64,000 bases of DNA. It comes from an uncultured Spirochaetota bacterium. Lineage in GTDB: Bacteria > Spirochaetota > Spirochaetia > SZUA-6 > Fen-1364. The position numbers were made by a program, and so were the translations under genes. Below are positions 1 to 8,725 of this stretch, one piece after another (position 1 is the stretch's first letter; every line of letters starts with the position of its first letter). The notes beneath the pieces are model-generated. The model saw only the letters and a list, made by a program, of their open reading frames with translations, had not been told where the DNA came from and ran no database searches. The stretch lies in NCBI GenBank assembly GCA_963745235.1, contig CAVUXE010000052.1, positions 64,001 through 128,000 on the forward strand. Reading direction: 5' to 3'.

Positions 1-773
1 ACCAGGGCCCGCCGCTCCCCGAGATGTCGTTCATTCCGTCCCTTGATTCCAGGGAAGGGCGGGAGCTGGTGGACAAGGGGCTGGTGGACATCCCCAAAGG
101 GGAGGACGTGATCGGCTCCGTGATATCGAAGCTCAATCCCATCCTTGACGAGACGCGCATGACAATCTCGGAGATCAGGCACATGGCAGGCACGCTGGAC
201 GCAGCCATGAGCGGCCGCGGGGGCGGACCGGTGGGGGACATGGTCGTGGACCTCTCCGCGACGCCGGCAAAGGTGAACAAGGCGGTGGACGGGGTATCGG
301 TGAGGGTCAACACCCTTCTTGACAAGCTGGCGGTGATCTCGGACAACCTCCAGGACATCACGGTCAAGACGCGGGGTGTGATCGGGGACCTGTCCACCAA
401 CCTCGACGAGATATCGCAAAACGTCAAGGACATGACAGCAGATCTGAAAAATACGCAGGGGCTCGCGAAACGGCTCATTGACCCCAAGGGCTCCATTGAT
501 ACATTCCTGAATGACCAGAACCAGCTGTACAACCAGGTGGAGGACTCCATCAAGAACGCGGACCAGATCATCGCCCAGATGAGAAGCTTCATGGAGTTCG
601 TCAACGGAACGCGCCCGCAGATATCGAGTGTCCTTGAAAAGGGGAGCGCCGCCCTGGATACGGGCAAGGACGTCCTGGAAGCCGCGAAAAACAACCCGCT
701 CCTGAGGGGAGGTGTCCCCAAGAAGACCGAGCCGCCCGACCTTCTGAAGGGCTACCGGGACGAGGACTTCTGA
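1..773 (+). CDS. MlaD/MCE-family protein, C-terminal coiled-coil part (5' end probably upstream of the window)
   Basis: Long heptad-rich helical ORF ending in 'KNNPLLRGGVP', typical of MCE/MlaD C-termini; no signal or MCE domain visible, so probably truncated by the window edge. Confidence 0.6.
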   Translation, partial: QGPPLPEMSFIPSLDSREGRELVDKGLVDIPKGEDVIGSVISKLNPILDETRMTISEIRHMAGTLDAAMSGRGGGPVGDMVVDLSATPAKVNKAVDGVSVRVNTLLDKLAVISDNLQDITVKTRGVIGDLSTNLDEISQNVKDMTADLKNTQGLAKRLIDPKGSIDTFLNDQNQLYNQVEDSIKNADQIIAQMRSFMEFVNGTRPQISSVLEKGSAALDTGKDVLEAAKNNPLLRGGVPKKTEPPDLLKGYRDEDF

Positions 774-1708
774 TGAGACCGGCGCGTTTTGCAGTCTGCG
801 GCCTCGCGGGCGCGGTGCTGGTGACGGCGGCCCTCTCCTGCTCGTCCGCCCCGCCCAAGAGTGACACCGTCACGGACGTCAAGAACCAGGCAATCGATGC
901 CACGGTGTCGGGGCAGCAATACTACAGCCAGGGACGCTATGACCTCGCGCTGCAGTTCTTCACGCAGGCGTTGAACGACAACGCCTCAGTGGACAACGTT
1001 GACGGGGTCATCAAGGCGCGGATTTCCATTGGGCAGGTGTATCTTGCCACAGGCCAGGTGGATGCCGCGGAGGACATGCTGATCCGGGCCAGGGAACAGG
1101 CTCGCGCTCGGAGCCTGTCGCTTTTCATCGATTCATCCATCAGCCTTGGTGAGCTCTATCTCGAAAAGGAAGACCCGCAGAAGGCCCTGCCCGTCTTTCA
1201 AGAGGTCGTTGATACCCCTCAGGCGCAGCCGACCCCTGCCCAGACAGGCGTCCTGTATCATGACATCGGGTCCGCGTGGAAGGGCATGGGCGATATGGCG
1301 AAGGCCCTCGACTGGCTGTCCCGGTCACTCCAGAGCAATCTTTCCCACAAGCTCCTGGAGGAGGCTGCCGCGGACTACTACATGATCGCTTCAGTCCACT
1401 CCAAGCAGGGGGATTTCCCCGACGCCTTGAGCAACGCGCAGAAGGCCCTGGAGCTGGACAAGAAGGTCGAAAGCTCTCCGGGGATCGCGAAGGACCTCTT
1501 TGCCCTCGGGCTCATCTCGTCACGAAAGGGTGACGCGGCAGCCGCGTACGACTACTTCCAGCGCTCCTACGGCGTTTTTGCCACTCTCGGCCAAAAAACC
1601 GGGATGAAGAAGAGCCTGACCGAGCTGATCTCCATCGCGGAAGGGCTGGGCAGAACAGAAGAAGCGCAAGGCTACCGGCAGGCGCTCCAGAGGGCGGGAG
1701 CCCAGTGA
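773..1708 (+). CDS. TPR-repeat lipoprotein
   Basis: Signal peptide with lipobox-like 'ALSC', followed by multiple TPR-like helical repeats. Confidence 0.8.
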   Translation: MRPARFAVCGLAGAVLVTAALSCSSAPPKSDTVTDVKNQAIDATVSGQQYYSQGRYDLALQFFTQALNDNASVDNVDGVIKARISIGQVYLATGQVDAAEDMLIRAREQARARSLSLFIDSSISLGELYLEKEDPQKALPVFQEVVDTPQAQPTPAQTGVLYHDIGSAWKGMGDMAKALDWLSRSLQSNLSHKLLEEAAADYYMIASVHSKQGDFPDALSNAQKALELDKKVESSPGIAKDLFALGLISSRKGDAAAAYDYFQRSYGVFATLGQKTGMKKSLTELISIAEGLGRTEEAQGYRQALQRAGAQ

Positions 1709-2175
1709 ACCGCGAGCTTCGATCCCTTGTCCGCTCCTGGGGGGAGCTTGGCCAGAAGATAGGCTTCTTCCTCCTGCTCGTCCTGGGAAGCGCCGCGGTG
1801 GGCGCGGCAATTGCCTGGCCGCTGTGGTACTTTGCCACCTCTGCCCGGCGCGCATATACCGCGTTCGCGCTCATCCTTGCGGCCGCGGGCGTGGTCTTCC
1901 TGATCGTCCGCGCAATCCTCAGGGCCCGCGGCGCCCCCCGTGAGACGGCGGGCCCTCGACGCTCCGCGCTCTCAGGTTTCCTTGCTCTTGTCCAGGCAAT
2001 CGTTCTCCTCGCGGGGCTGTACCTGGCAGCGGTGTTGTTCTTCCACGGCGTGTGGATCTTCGCCGTGCCCCTTGTCCTGGTGTGCGCAGCACTGCTCGTC
2101 CTCCTGGGGCTGGCCCGGCGCGCCGCAAAGGCGTCCAGACCCCGGTCGATCCTGCCGAAAATCAGAAAAGAGTGA
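1705..2175 (+). CDS. Hypothetical membrane protein (about 4 TM helices)
   Basis: GTGA overlap with the upstream gene; four hydrophobic stretches. Confidence 0.7.
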   Translation: MNRELRSLVRSWGELGQKIGFFLLLVLGSAAVGAAIAWPLWYFATSARRAYTAFALILAAAGVVFLIVRAILRARGAPRETAGPRRSALSGFLALVQAIVLLAGLYLAAVLFFHGVWIFAVPLVLVCAALLVLLGLARRAAKASRPRSILPKIRKE

Positions 2176-3088
2176 GTCGAAAGCCCCGGTTCTTCAGTCT
2201 TTTCCTGTTCCTCGTGATGGCGGCGCGGGCCGGCGCGGCTGACTATCCGCAGATCCGCGTGTTGAGCTCTGATGATCCTCTCTTCGTTCAGCACCAATCG
2301 GAGCTGGAGGACTACTATCGCGCGGCCAGGGCGCGGGAGCCCGGTGCTCTGCCCCCGCTCAGCATATTCGAATACCGGACGCGCGCCGGTGAGGACCTTT
2401 TTTCCGTCAACGCCCGCCTGGGTCTCCCCTATGACACCCTTGCGACACTCAACGGTGTGACCAGCAAGGAGGCGTTCGACTCCCCCGGCAGATCCTGATC
2501 GCCAACCAGGCCGGGCTTTTCGTCAATAACCCTCCGCGCTCGGCCCTTGAAGACATGATGCTCTCAACGCTGCGGGCCAGCGGGAAGACCCCGCAGAAGC
2601 TGGTTGTTCTGCGCCAGGGACGAGGATTCCCCGTTCTGTTTTTTCCCGGTGAGCAGTTCACCCCGATCGAGCGGGCGTACTTCCTGGGCATCCTGTTCGA
2701 GTTCCCTATTGCGCGGGGCCACATCACCTCGTTGTTCGGCCCACGCAAAGACCCCTTCACGGGAAAGGCAGAGTTTCATACGGGCATCGACATCGGCGCG
2801 CCGGACGGCACCGAAGTGCACGCGGCCCGCGACGGCGTGGTTTCAGAGGCGGGACGCGACGAGGGGTTGGGCAATTTCGTCGTCCTGGACCATCCCGGGG
2901 GCTACCAGACCGTCTATGGACACCTGTCGGTGATTGGTGTTACTATGAATGAGAAGGTGAGCGCGGGGTTCGTGCTTGGCGCGGTGGGGCACACGGGCCG
3001 GGCCACGGGGCCGCACCTGCACTTCGAGGTGAAGAGAAAAGGAAGAGTCACGGATCCTTTTCCGCTGCTCGCTGTCAGAAAAGATTAA
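2172..3088 (+). CDS. LysM-like + M23 family peptidoglycan endopeptidase (frameshift near 2485)
   Basis: GTG at 2172 starts a signal peptide and LysM-like 'DTLATLNG'; after a C-run shift the frame continues to M23 motifs 'FHTGIDIG', 'YGHL', 'TGPHLHFE'. Confidence 0.85.
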
Positions 3089-3114
3089 AGTTTCCGGAGG
3101 TACAGGGACGATAA
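3086..3114 (+). promoter_or_regulatory. sigma28 (FliA)-like promoter
   Basis: TAAAGTTT-N13-GACGATAA against the enteric consensus TAAAGTTT-N11-GCCGATAA; spacer longer than canonical. Confidence 0.5.
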
Positions 3115-3118
3115 TAAA

Positions 3119-3217
3119 GGTGTTGGTGTCCAAGATATAGTTCCCCTCCCAGTTTACTATATTGGACGACACCACACCAGGCAGGCCGGCTCCTTCGGGG
3201 GTCGGCCTCTTTTTTTT
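3119..3217 (+). ncRNA. Candidate small RNA: long hairpin with C-rich loop plus intrinsic terminator
   Basis: GGTG/TGGTGTC/CAA/TATAGT (3119-3141) pair with ACTATA/TTG/GACACCA/CACC (3156-3178); loop TCCCCTCCCAGTTT; terminator follows immediately. Confidence 0.55.
3183..3217 (+). terminator. Rho-independent terminator
   Basis: AGGCCGGCTCC-TTCG-GGGGTCGGCCT stem with UUCG tetraloop, then C and T8. Confidence 0.9.
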
Positions 3218-3345
3218 GCGCGAGTCTTCGCTTCGCGTCTTCGCTGCGCCCCTTCCCGCCGATTGCGCGCGTCGGCGTGTGCAGGTTCTGGGCGTTGCAG
3301 TTTCCCTCTTGCGACTGGCGCGTTGACAGTGACTGCCGTGCTCCA

Positions 3346-3374
3346 TTGACAAAGGTTACGCCGGTTCTTATCAT
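3346..3374 (+). promoter_or_regulatory. sigma70 promoter of the PBP1A gene (leaderless geometry)
   Basis: TTGACA-N17-TATCAT; GTG start 6 nt after the -10 box, no SD. Confidence 0.7.
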
Positions 3375-3380
3375 TTTCCC

Positions 3381-5855
3381 GTGCGTCAAACCCCCCGCAA
3401 AAGGTCCCTCTTCGAGATATTGCTGATCTCGGCTTTCGCCGTGGCTGTCCTGCTCGGCGTTTCCCTTGGTCTTGCCCTTGCGGCTACCCGGAACATCTCG
3501 AGGAAAGAACAGTTCGGCGACCACAAGCCGGCTCTTCCCACCCGGATCCTGGACATCAAGGACAGGGAGATCACCGAGTTCTTCGGTGACCAGAACCGGG
3601 AGCTGGTCACGATTGACCAGATCCCGCAGCACCTCATTGACGCGCTGCTCACGCGGGAGGACCGCAACTTTTTTTCTCACCATGGATTCAGCCTCCACGG
3701 GCTCCTGCGCGCGCTCTTCAATATCGTGACGGGCCAGTACGTCTCGGGGGCCAGTACGCTGACCCAGCAGCTGGCGGGGCGGCTGTACGCGGACCGGTCG
3801 GACATCTCCATTCGCCGAAAGCTCGTGGAGCTGTGGTGGGCAATCCAGATGGAGCGCAGGTACACCAAGCAGGAGATCCTGCAGATGTACCTCAACGAGA
3901 TGCCCTTCGGCCACAACACGCAGGGTGTGCAGGCGGCCAGCAAGTTCTTCTTCAAGCACCCCGTGCAGGAGGACACGCTGGCGGAGTCCGTCATGCTCGT
4001 GATCCAGCTGGCCAAGCCGGGCCTGTACTCCCCCTTCAAGAACCCGCAGCGCGCCCGCAAGCTGCAGCGTCTTGTGCTGGACCAGATGGTCGGCCTGGGA
4101 TACGTCACGAAAAAGGAGGCTGATTCTTCTTTCGACGAGTACTGGTCGAAATACGACTACACACGGGGGAACAGCACCGCCTACTTCGAGAGAGAGGACA
4201 AGGCGCCCTGGTTCAGCGAATACATCCGCAATCAGCTCGACGAGCTGCTCTTTGGCTCCTATGACGTCCTCACGGACGGACTGGTGGTCCACACCACGCT
4301 GAACCTCGATTACCAGAGCATCGCGGAAGACCGCATGAAGAAAGACCTCGAGGAGGTCAACAACCGCTACCTCGCTCTTTCCAACAGCCGCATCAACTTT
4401 TCCAACGCGCAGTTCCTGCCCATGATCGACATGCTGGGGCTGGGGTTCAACATCGACGACCTGATGTACCGCAACAGGAACGCCAGCGGGAACGCGAAGC
4501 GCCTGTATGCGAAGAGCATCACCCCCGTAGTTGAGCTTCTCACGTCCCTGTTTTCCATGAACCGCCCCCAGGACATCGTTGCGGCTGGAAACGAGGCCTC
4601 GCTCAACGTGACCCGCCGAACCCAGGTGGAGGGAGCGCTCGTCAGCATCGACCCGAGCAACGGTTATATCCTTGCCATGGTCGGCGGCAAGGAGTTCGGC
4701 GTGGACCAGTTCAACAGGGCAACCATGGCGAAGGTGGAGCCCGGCTCCGCGTTCAAGCCGCTGTACTACTCAGCGGCAATAGATTCCCGCAAGTTCACCC
4801 CCGCCACCATGATCCTCGACGCCCCCGTGGTGTTCACCAATCCTGACGGAACGCTGTACGAGCCCCTCAACTACAAGGGGGAGTGGCATGGGCGCGTCCT
4901 GATGCGGGACGCCCTTGCTGAATCCATGAACGTCCCGTCCTTGAAGATCCTGGACGGGATCGGCTTCGATGCCGCAATCCAGCGAGCCAGCCGGATGCTC
5001 GGGATCACCGACCCGGCGGAGATCGAGAAGACCTTCCCCCGCTACTATCCCCTCGGGCTGGGCGTCATCACGGTCTCCCCGCTGCAGATGGCCAGGGCGT
5101 TTTCCACCTTTCCCAACGGGGGACGGGAGGTGGTGCCGGTTGCCATCCGGTACATCGAAGACCGCAACGGCAAGATCATCCTTGAGCCCGCAAAGGAGAT
5201 CATGGCCCAGGAGAGTCGCAAGGGGGATTCCGCGCAGATCATGAGCCCGCAGACCGCGTACATCATGACGAGCATGCTCCAGAGCACCATCAAGGAAGGG
5301 ACCCTTGGCGGCGTGGCCTCCCTGCTGGACATCTGGAGCGACAAGAACCAGCCCTTTGCCGGCAAGACAGGGACCACGCAGAACTGGTCTGATGCCTGGA
5401 CCGTCGGCTTTTCCCCCTACATGACAACTGCCGTCTGGTACGGCTTCGACCAGGGCAACCGGTCGCTCGGCACCGAAATGACGGGGGCCGCAATCGCCGG
5501 GCCCACGTGGGCGAAGTACATGAAGGACGTGCACAAGAACCTGCCGGTCAGGCCCTTCGACCGGCCGGAGAGCGGCCTGGTGAGCGTGGAGGTCAGCGCG
5601 ACCTCGGGCCTGCTGCCCACCGCGTTTACGAAGAAGACCATCAAGGAGATCTTCCTTGCCGGCACGGAGCCCAAGGCGTTCGACGAGATCGACGAATACA
5701 ATGCGAACCGCGCCGAAACGATCGAGGACAACCTGAGGAAGTCTCTCATCAATTCGAACATAGGCGGCGGGGATACAACCGTTGCCCCCATTGACGTGCC
5801 GGCGCCCGACGCGAGCACCCCCACCACGGGCAAGGGCAACCCCCTTCTGGACTGA
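3381..5855 (+). CDS. Penicillin-binding protein 1A (transglycosylase/transpeptidase)
   Basis: GT51 motifs 'EDRNFFSHHG', 'GASTLTQQL', 'RKLVE'; transpeptidase SxxK 'SAFK', SxN 'SMN', 'KTG'. Confidence 0.95.
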   Translation: MRQTPRKRSLFEILLISAFAVAVLLGVSLGLALAATRNISRKEQFGDHKPALPTRILDIKDREITEFFGDQNRELVTIDQIPQHLIDALLTREDRNFFSHHGFSLHGLLRALFNIVTGQYVSGASTLTQQLAGRLYADRSDISIRRKLVELWWAIQMERRYTKQEILQMYLNEMPFGHNTQGVQAASKFFFKHPVQEDTLAESVMLVIQLAKPGLYSPFKNPQRARKLQRLVLDQMVGLGYVTKKEADSSFDEYWSKYDYTRGNSTAYFEREDKAPWFSEYIRNQLDELLFGSYDVLTDGLVVHTTLNLDYQSIAEDRMKKDLEEVNNRYLALSNSRINFSNAQFLPMIDMLGLGFNIDDLMYRNRNASGNAKRLYAKSITPVVELLTSLFSMNRPQDIVAAGNEASLNVTRRTQVEGALVSIDPSNGYILAMVGGKEFGVDQFNRATMAKVEPGSAFKPLYYSAAIDSRKFTPATMILDAPVVFTNPDGTLYEPLNYKGEWHGRVLMRDALAESMNVPSLKILDGIGFDAAIQRASRMLGITDPAEIEKTFPRYYPLGLGVITVSPLQMARAFSTFPNGGREVVPVAIRYIEDRNGKIILEPAKEIMAQESRKGDSAQIMSPQTAYIMTSMLQSTIKEGTLGGVASLLDIWSDKNQPFAGKTGTTQNWSDAWTVGFSPYMTTAVWYGFDQGNRSLGTEMTGAAIAGPTWAKYMKDVHKNLPVRPFDRPESGLVSVEVSATSGLLPTAFTKKTIKEIFLAGTEPKAFDEIDEYNANRAETIEDNLRKSLINSNIGGGDTTVAPIDVPAPDASTPTTGKGNPLLD

Positions 5856-5863
5856 AGCGCGGA

Positions 5864-6253
5864 ATGGAGCCCGCAGGCATGCGGTTGTACACCAGGGACC
5901 ACACGTGGGTCGTCGTCAGCGGGGGCAGGGCCCGGGTGGGGATATCAGACTTTGCGCAGAAAGAGCTCGGGGAGATCGCCTACGTGGAGCTTCCCAAGGT
6001 GGGGAGACGGCTGCAGCGTGGCGAGGTCGGATGTACGGTGGACTCCATGAAGACCTCCAGCGAGGTCTACTCCCCCGTCTCTGGAACCGTTGCCGAGGTG
6101 AACGCCATGGTGGCCACGGAGGAGAGCTGCGGCCTCATCAACAGCGATCCTCTGGGGGATGGGTGGCTGTTCGAGCTGGAAATGGACAATGCCGCCGAGC
6201 TCGATTATCTCCTCCCGGAGAAGGACTACCTCGCCTTCGTCCAAGGCAACTGA
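5864..6253 (+). CDS. gcvH: Glycine cleavage system H protein (lipoyl carrier)
   Basis: 'YTRDHTWV', 'VGISDFAQKELGEIAYVELP', lipoyl-Lys in 'DSMKTSSEVYSPVSG', 'INSDPLGDGW'. Confidence 0.92.
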   Translation: MEPAGMRLYTRDHTWVVVSGGRARVGISDFAQKELGEIAYVELPKVGRRLQRGEVGCTVDSMKTSSEVYSPVSGTVAEVNAMVATEESCGLINSDPLGDGWLFELEMDNAAELDYLLPEKDYLAFVQGN

Positions 6254-6292
6254 CCTTCTCGGCAAACTGCATTTCTTGGGCGGCGCGCGGAC

Positions 6293-7216
6293 TCAGCGGC
6301 CCCGAAGGATTGCCCCGACGCGTGACAGCAGAGACTGAACGCCCTTGAGCACGCGCGAGCTGCCGGAGGAAGAAAGGTCCTCCGCCGCCTCCTCCAGCGT
6401 GAACAGCGGTCCGTAGCGGGCATTCAATTCTCCCCAGTGCTTCCCTATGTACACATACAGGTCGGCTTCCGTCGCGCCGGAGAACCGCGAGAGGAGGCTG
6501 GTCTCACGGATGACGGCAATGATGGGTGAGTAGACCTTGTCGTACCAGGAGACAGCCGCCTCGTCGAAAGGGATCTCTTCGGTCTTGTCCAGGTTGATGT
6601 ACCACTTGTGCTCGCGGATATGGGAAAGGATCTCGTCGTAGCGTCCGACCTCGGTGAACTCCAGTGAGCACCCCGGTCGATGCTTGTCCAGCTTCGTCAC
6701 CTCGAAGAACCTGCGCTTCTCGAACTGGATCACGGCGAGCTTGATCTGGTCCCGCGTCATGTCCGGCGTGAGCGGAATCTCCGAGGAAAGTGAAATGACC
6801 TCCGCGTCAATGAACTCCGCCCCCTGCGTCTTGGCGACGGAGACGCGGTGATTCCCGTCCCGCACGAAATACGCGCCGCCGATCTCGAAAAGCTTGATGG
6901 GGGGAAGGATGATGTTGCGGTAGTGAGCCTCATCGACGCTCATCCACCGGCGCATCAGCTTGTCGTGCCTGGGAAGAAAGGCCTTGTTGAAGTCCCGGTA
7001 GCGCCCCTCGCTCCCCACGATCTTCTCTATGGGGACGGTCTGCATCCCCTTGTAGGTCTCCGATTCAGGGCGAAGCAGCGACCGGATGTCTCCCAGGGAG
7101 AGCATCTCGTCCTTCTGCGGTTTGAGCAGCGCAAGGATGCGCCCCAGGGTCTCCTTCATGCGGGCCCTGCCGAAATCCTGGCGGGTCATCGACGAGTACA
7201 TGCTGCTGCCGCTCAT
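6293..7216 (-). CDS. ParB/Srx-like domain protein (function unknown)
   Basis: 'IVGSEGRYRDF', 'LPPIKL', 'YFVRDGNHRVSVA' (DGxHR motif of ParB/Srx fold). Confidence 0.75.
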   Translation of the reverse strand: MSGSSMYSSMTRQDFGRARMKETLGRILALLKPQKDEMLSLGDIRSLLRPESETYKGMQTVPIEKIVGSEGRYRDFNKAFLPRHDKLMRRWMSVDEAHYRNIILPPIKLFEIGGAYFVRDGNHRVSVAKTQGAEFIDAEVISLSSEIPLTPDMTRDQIKLAVIQFEKRRFFEVTKLDKHRPGCSLEFTEVGRYDEILSHIREHKWYINLDKTEEIPFDEAAVSWYDKVYSPIIAVIRETSLLSRFSGATEADLYVYIGKHWGELNARYGPLFTLEEAAEDLSSSGSSRVLKGVQSLLSRVGAILRGR

Positions 7217-7865
7217 CGGGAGACCTCCAGGTTCAACACGGTGTGGTCATACGCGTTGAGCACCGTGGTCCCGGCGTAAGAGGCTTCCCGCGCCGCGTTT
7301 CGGTCGTAGAGATGCACGTGCCCGTGCACCAGGAAAGCGGGGCGGAAGCTCCTGATGAACCAGAGAAAGACCCGAAAGCCCGTATGACAGGGGTCAGGAA
7401 GGTCGTTGATACCGTACGGAGGGGAATGGGTGAGGAGAATGTCGAGGTACCTGCCATGGACGATCCTGTTCCAGATCATCCGGGGGAGCAGCCTCAACAT
7501 GACGAGAAACATTGTGAAATCACTGTACTGGTTGTCTCCCCCATTGTACCAGATGCTCCCTCCCAGCCCCGCGACGATGAGCCCTTTCACCCGCGTGACC
7601 TTCCCCTCCACGTTCGTCGCCCCGACCCCTTTCTGCCATGACGGCGTCTCCTCGAAGGGGTCGTGCCGGTACTCGGCCGGCCCTCCAGGTGATGGTTCCC
7701 GAATACGAAAAGAAGGGGCTTGTTCAGGGTGCTCACGATGAAATCGTAGTACTCCAGTGCGAGATCTCCGGCGCTCAGCACGAGGTCGACATCCGCGAAC
7801 CTGGCTTTCAGGTTCGCGCTGTAGATGACCGGATCTATGTGGTCGGCGATGCAGAGGACCTTCAT
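7213..7865 (-). CDS. Metallophosphoesterase (frameshift near 7680)
   Basis: 'CIADH', 'SAGDL', 'FGNH' in one frame; 'LLTHSPP', 'VHGHVH' in the next. Confidence 0.85.
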
Positions 7866-8036
7866 CCCGTTGTGCATCCCACTATAGCCAAAGGAGGAGA
7901 GCGCTTCGAATGCGGCCCGGCAGTCGAGTGTTTACATCGCCCCCGGCCATGCCGACCATTGAAGCATGGGGTCCCCCCCGGCGAATATCCGTGCACTTGC
8001 CGACCCGGCGAGGTATACTGGAAAAGGACGGATGAG

Positions 8037-8720
8037 ATGGTGAAGCGTGTCCTGGTAACTGTCGCTGTCCTGCTGGCAGGCCTTCCGGCATTCAGCGCAT
8101 CCACGTTCCTGGAAAAAGGAGAGGCCCTCTTCATCCAGAACCAGCCCCGGGAGGCCGAGCCCCTGCTGGAGAGCGCCCTCGATGACGATCCCTCCAACGA
8201 GAAGATCTATCTCTACCTTGGCATCATCTACCAGCAGCTGGGAGACCTCGACAAGGCCATCGACGTGCTGAAGCGCGGCCTCCCGGTTTCGACCTCGTAC
8301 AAGGACCTCATGTACTACAACATGGGCAACGACATGTTCGCCCGGAAGGACTACGCCCTGGCGGAACAGATGTACTCGGAAGCCATCGGCGTGAACAAGA
8401 ACCTCGCCGACGGCTACCTGAACAGGGCGAATGCCAGGCTTCAACTGCAAAGCTATGACGCGGCCGTGGACGACTACACCGTCTTCCTCCAGCTGCAGCC
8501 CCAGGACCCGCAGAGACCAAAGATCGAAGAGCTGATCCGCCTGCTTCGCCAGATGAAGGAAGCGAAGGTGAAGCAGCAGGAAGACGACATCGCCCGGCAG
8601 AAGGCGCTCATGAATGACGTCATGAGCAGCCTGAACAACGCCGGGGACGACACGAAGAACCTGTCCGTGGAGTCCATCAAGGCAAAGGACGACCCGGTCA
8701 GCGTCGACATCAAGGACTGA
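8037..8720 (+). CDS. Secreted TPR-repeat protein
   Basis: Signal peptide from ATG 8037, TPR repeats, C-terminal coiled coil; upstream TATACT -10 box. Confidence 0.8.
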   Translation: MVKRVLVTVAVLLAGLPAFSASTFLEKGEALFIQNQPREAEPLLESALDDDPSNEKIYLYLGIIYQQLGDLDKAIDVLKRGLPVSTSYKDLMYYNMGNDMFARKDYALAEQMYSEAIGVNKNLADGYLNRANARLQLQSYDAAVDDYTVFLQLQPQDPQRPKIEELIRLLRQMKEAKVKQQEDDIARQKALMNDVMSSLNNAGDDTKNLSVESIKAKDDPVSVDIKD

Positions 8721-8725
8721 AAGAA

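Noticed and set aside
3119-3217. 6S RNA, SRP RNA or a riboswitch for PBP1A
   Set aside because: Too short for 6S, lacks the SRP GGAA-loop motif, and PBP1A has its own promoter downstream of the terminator
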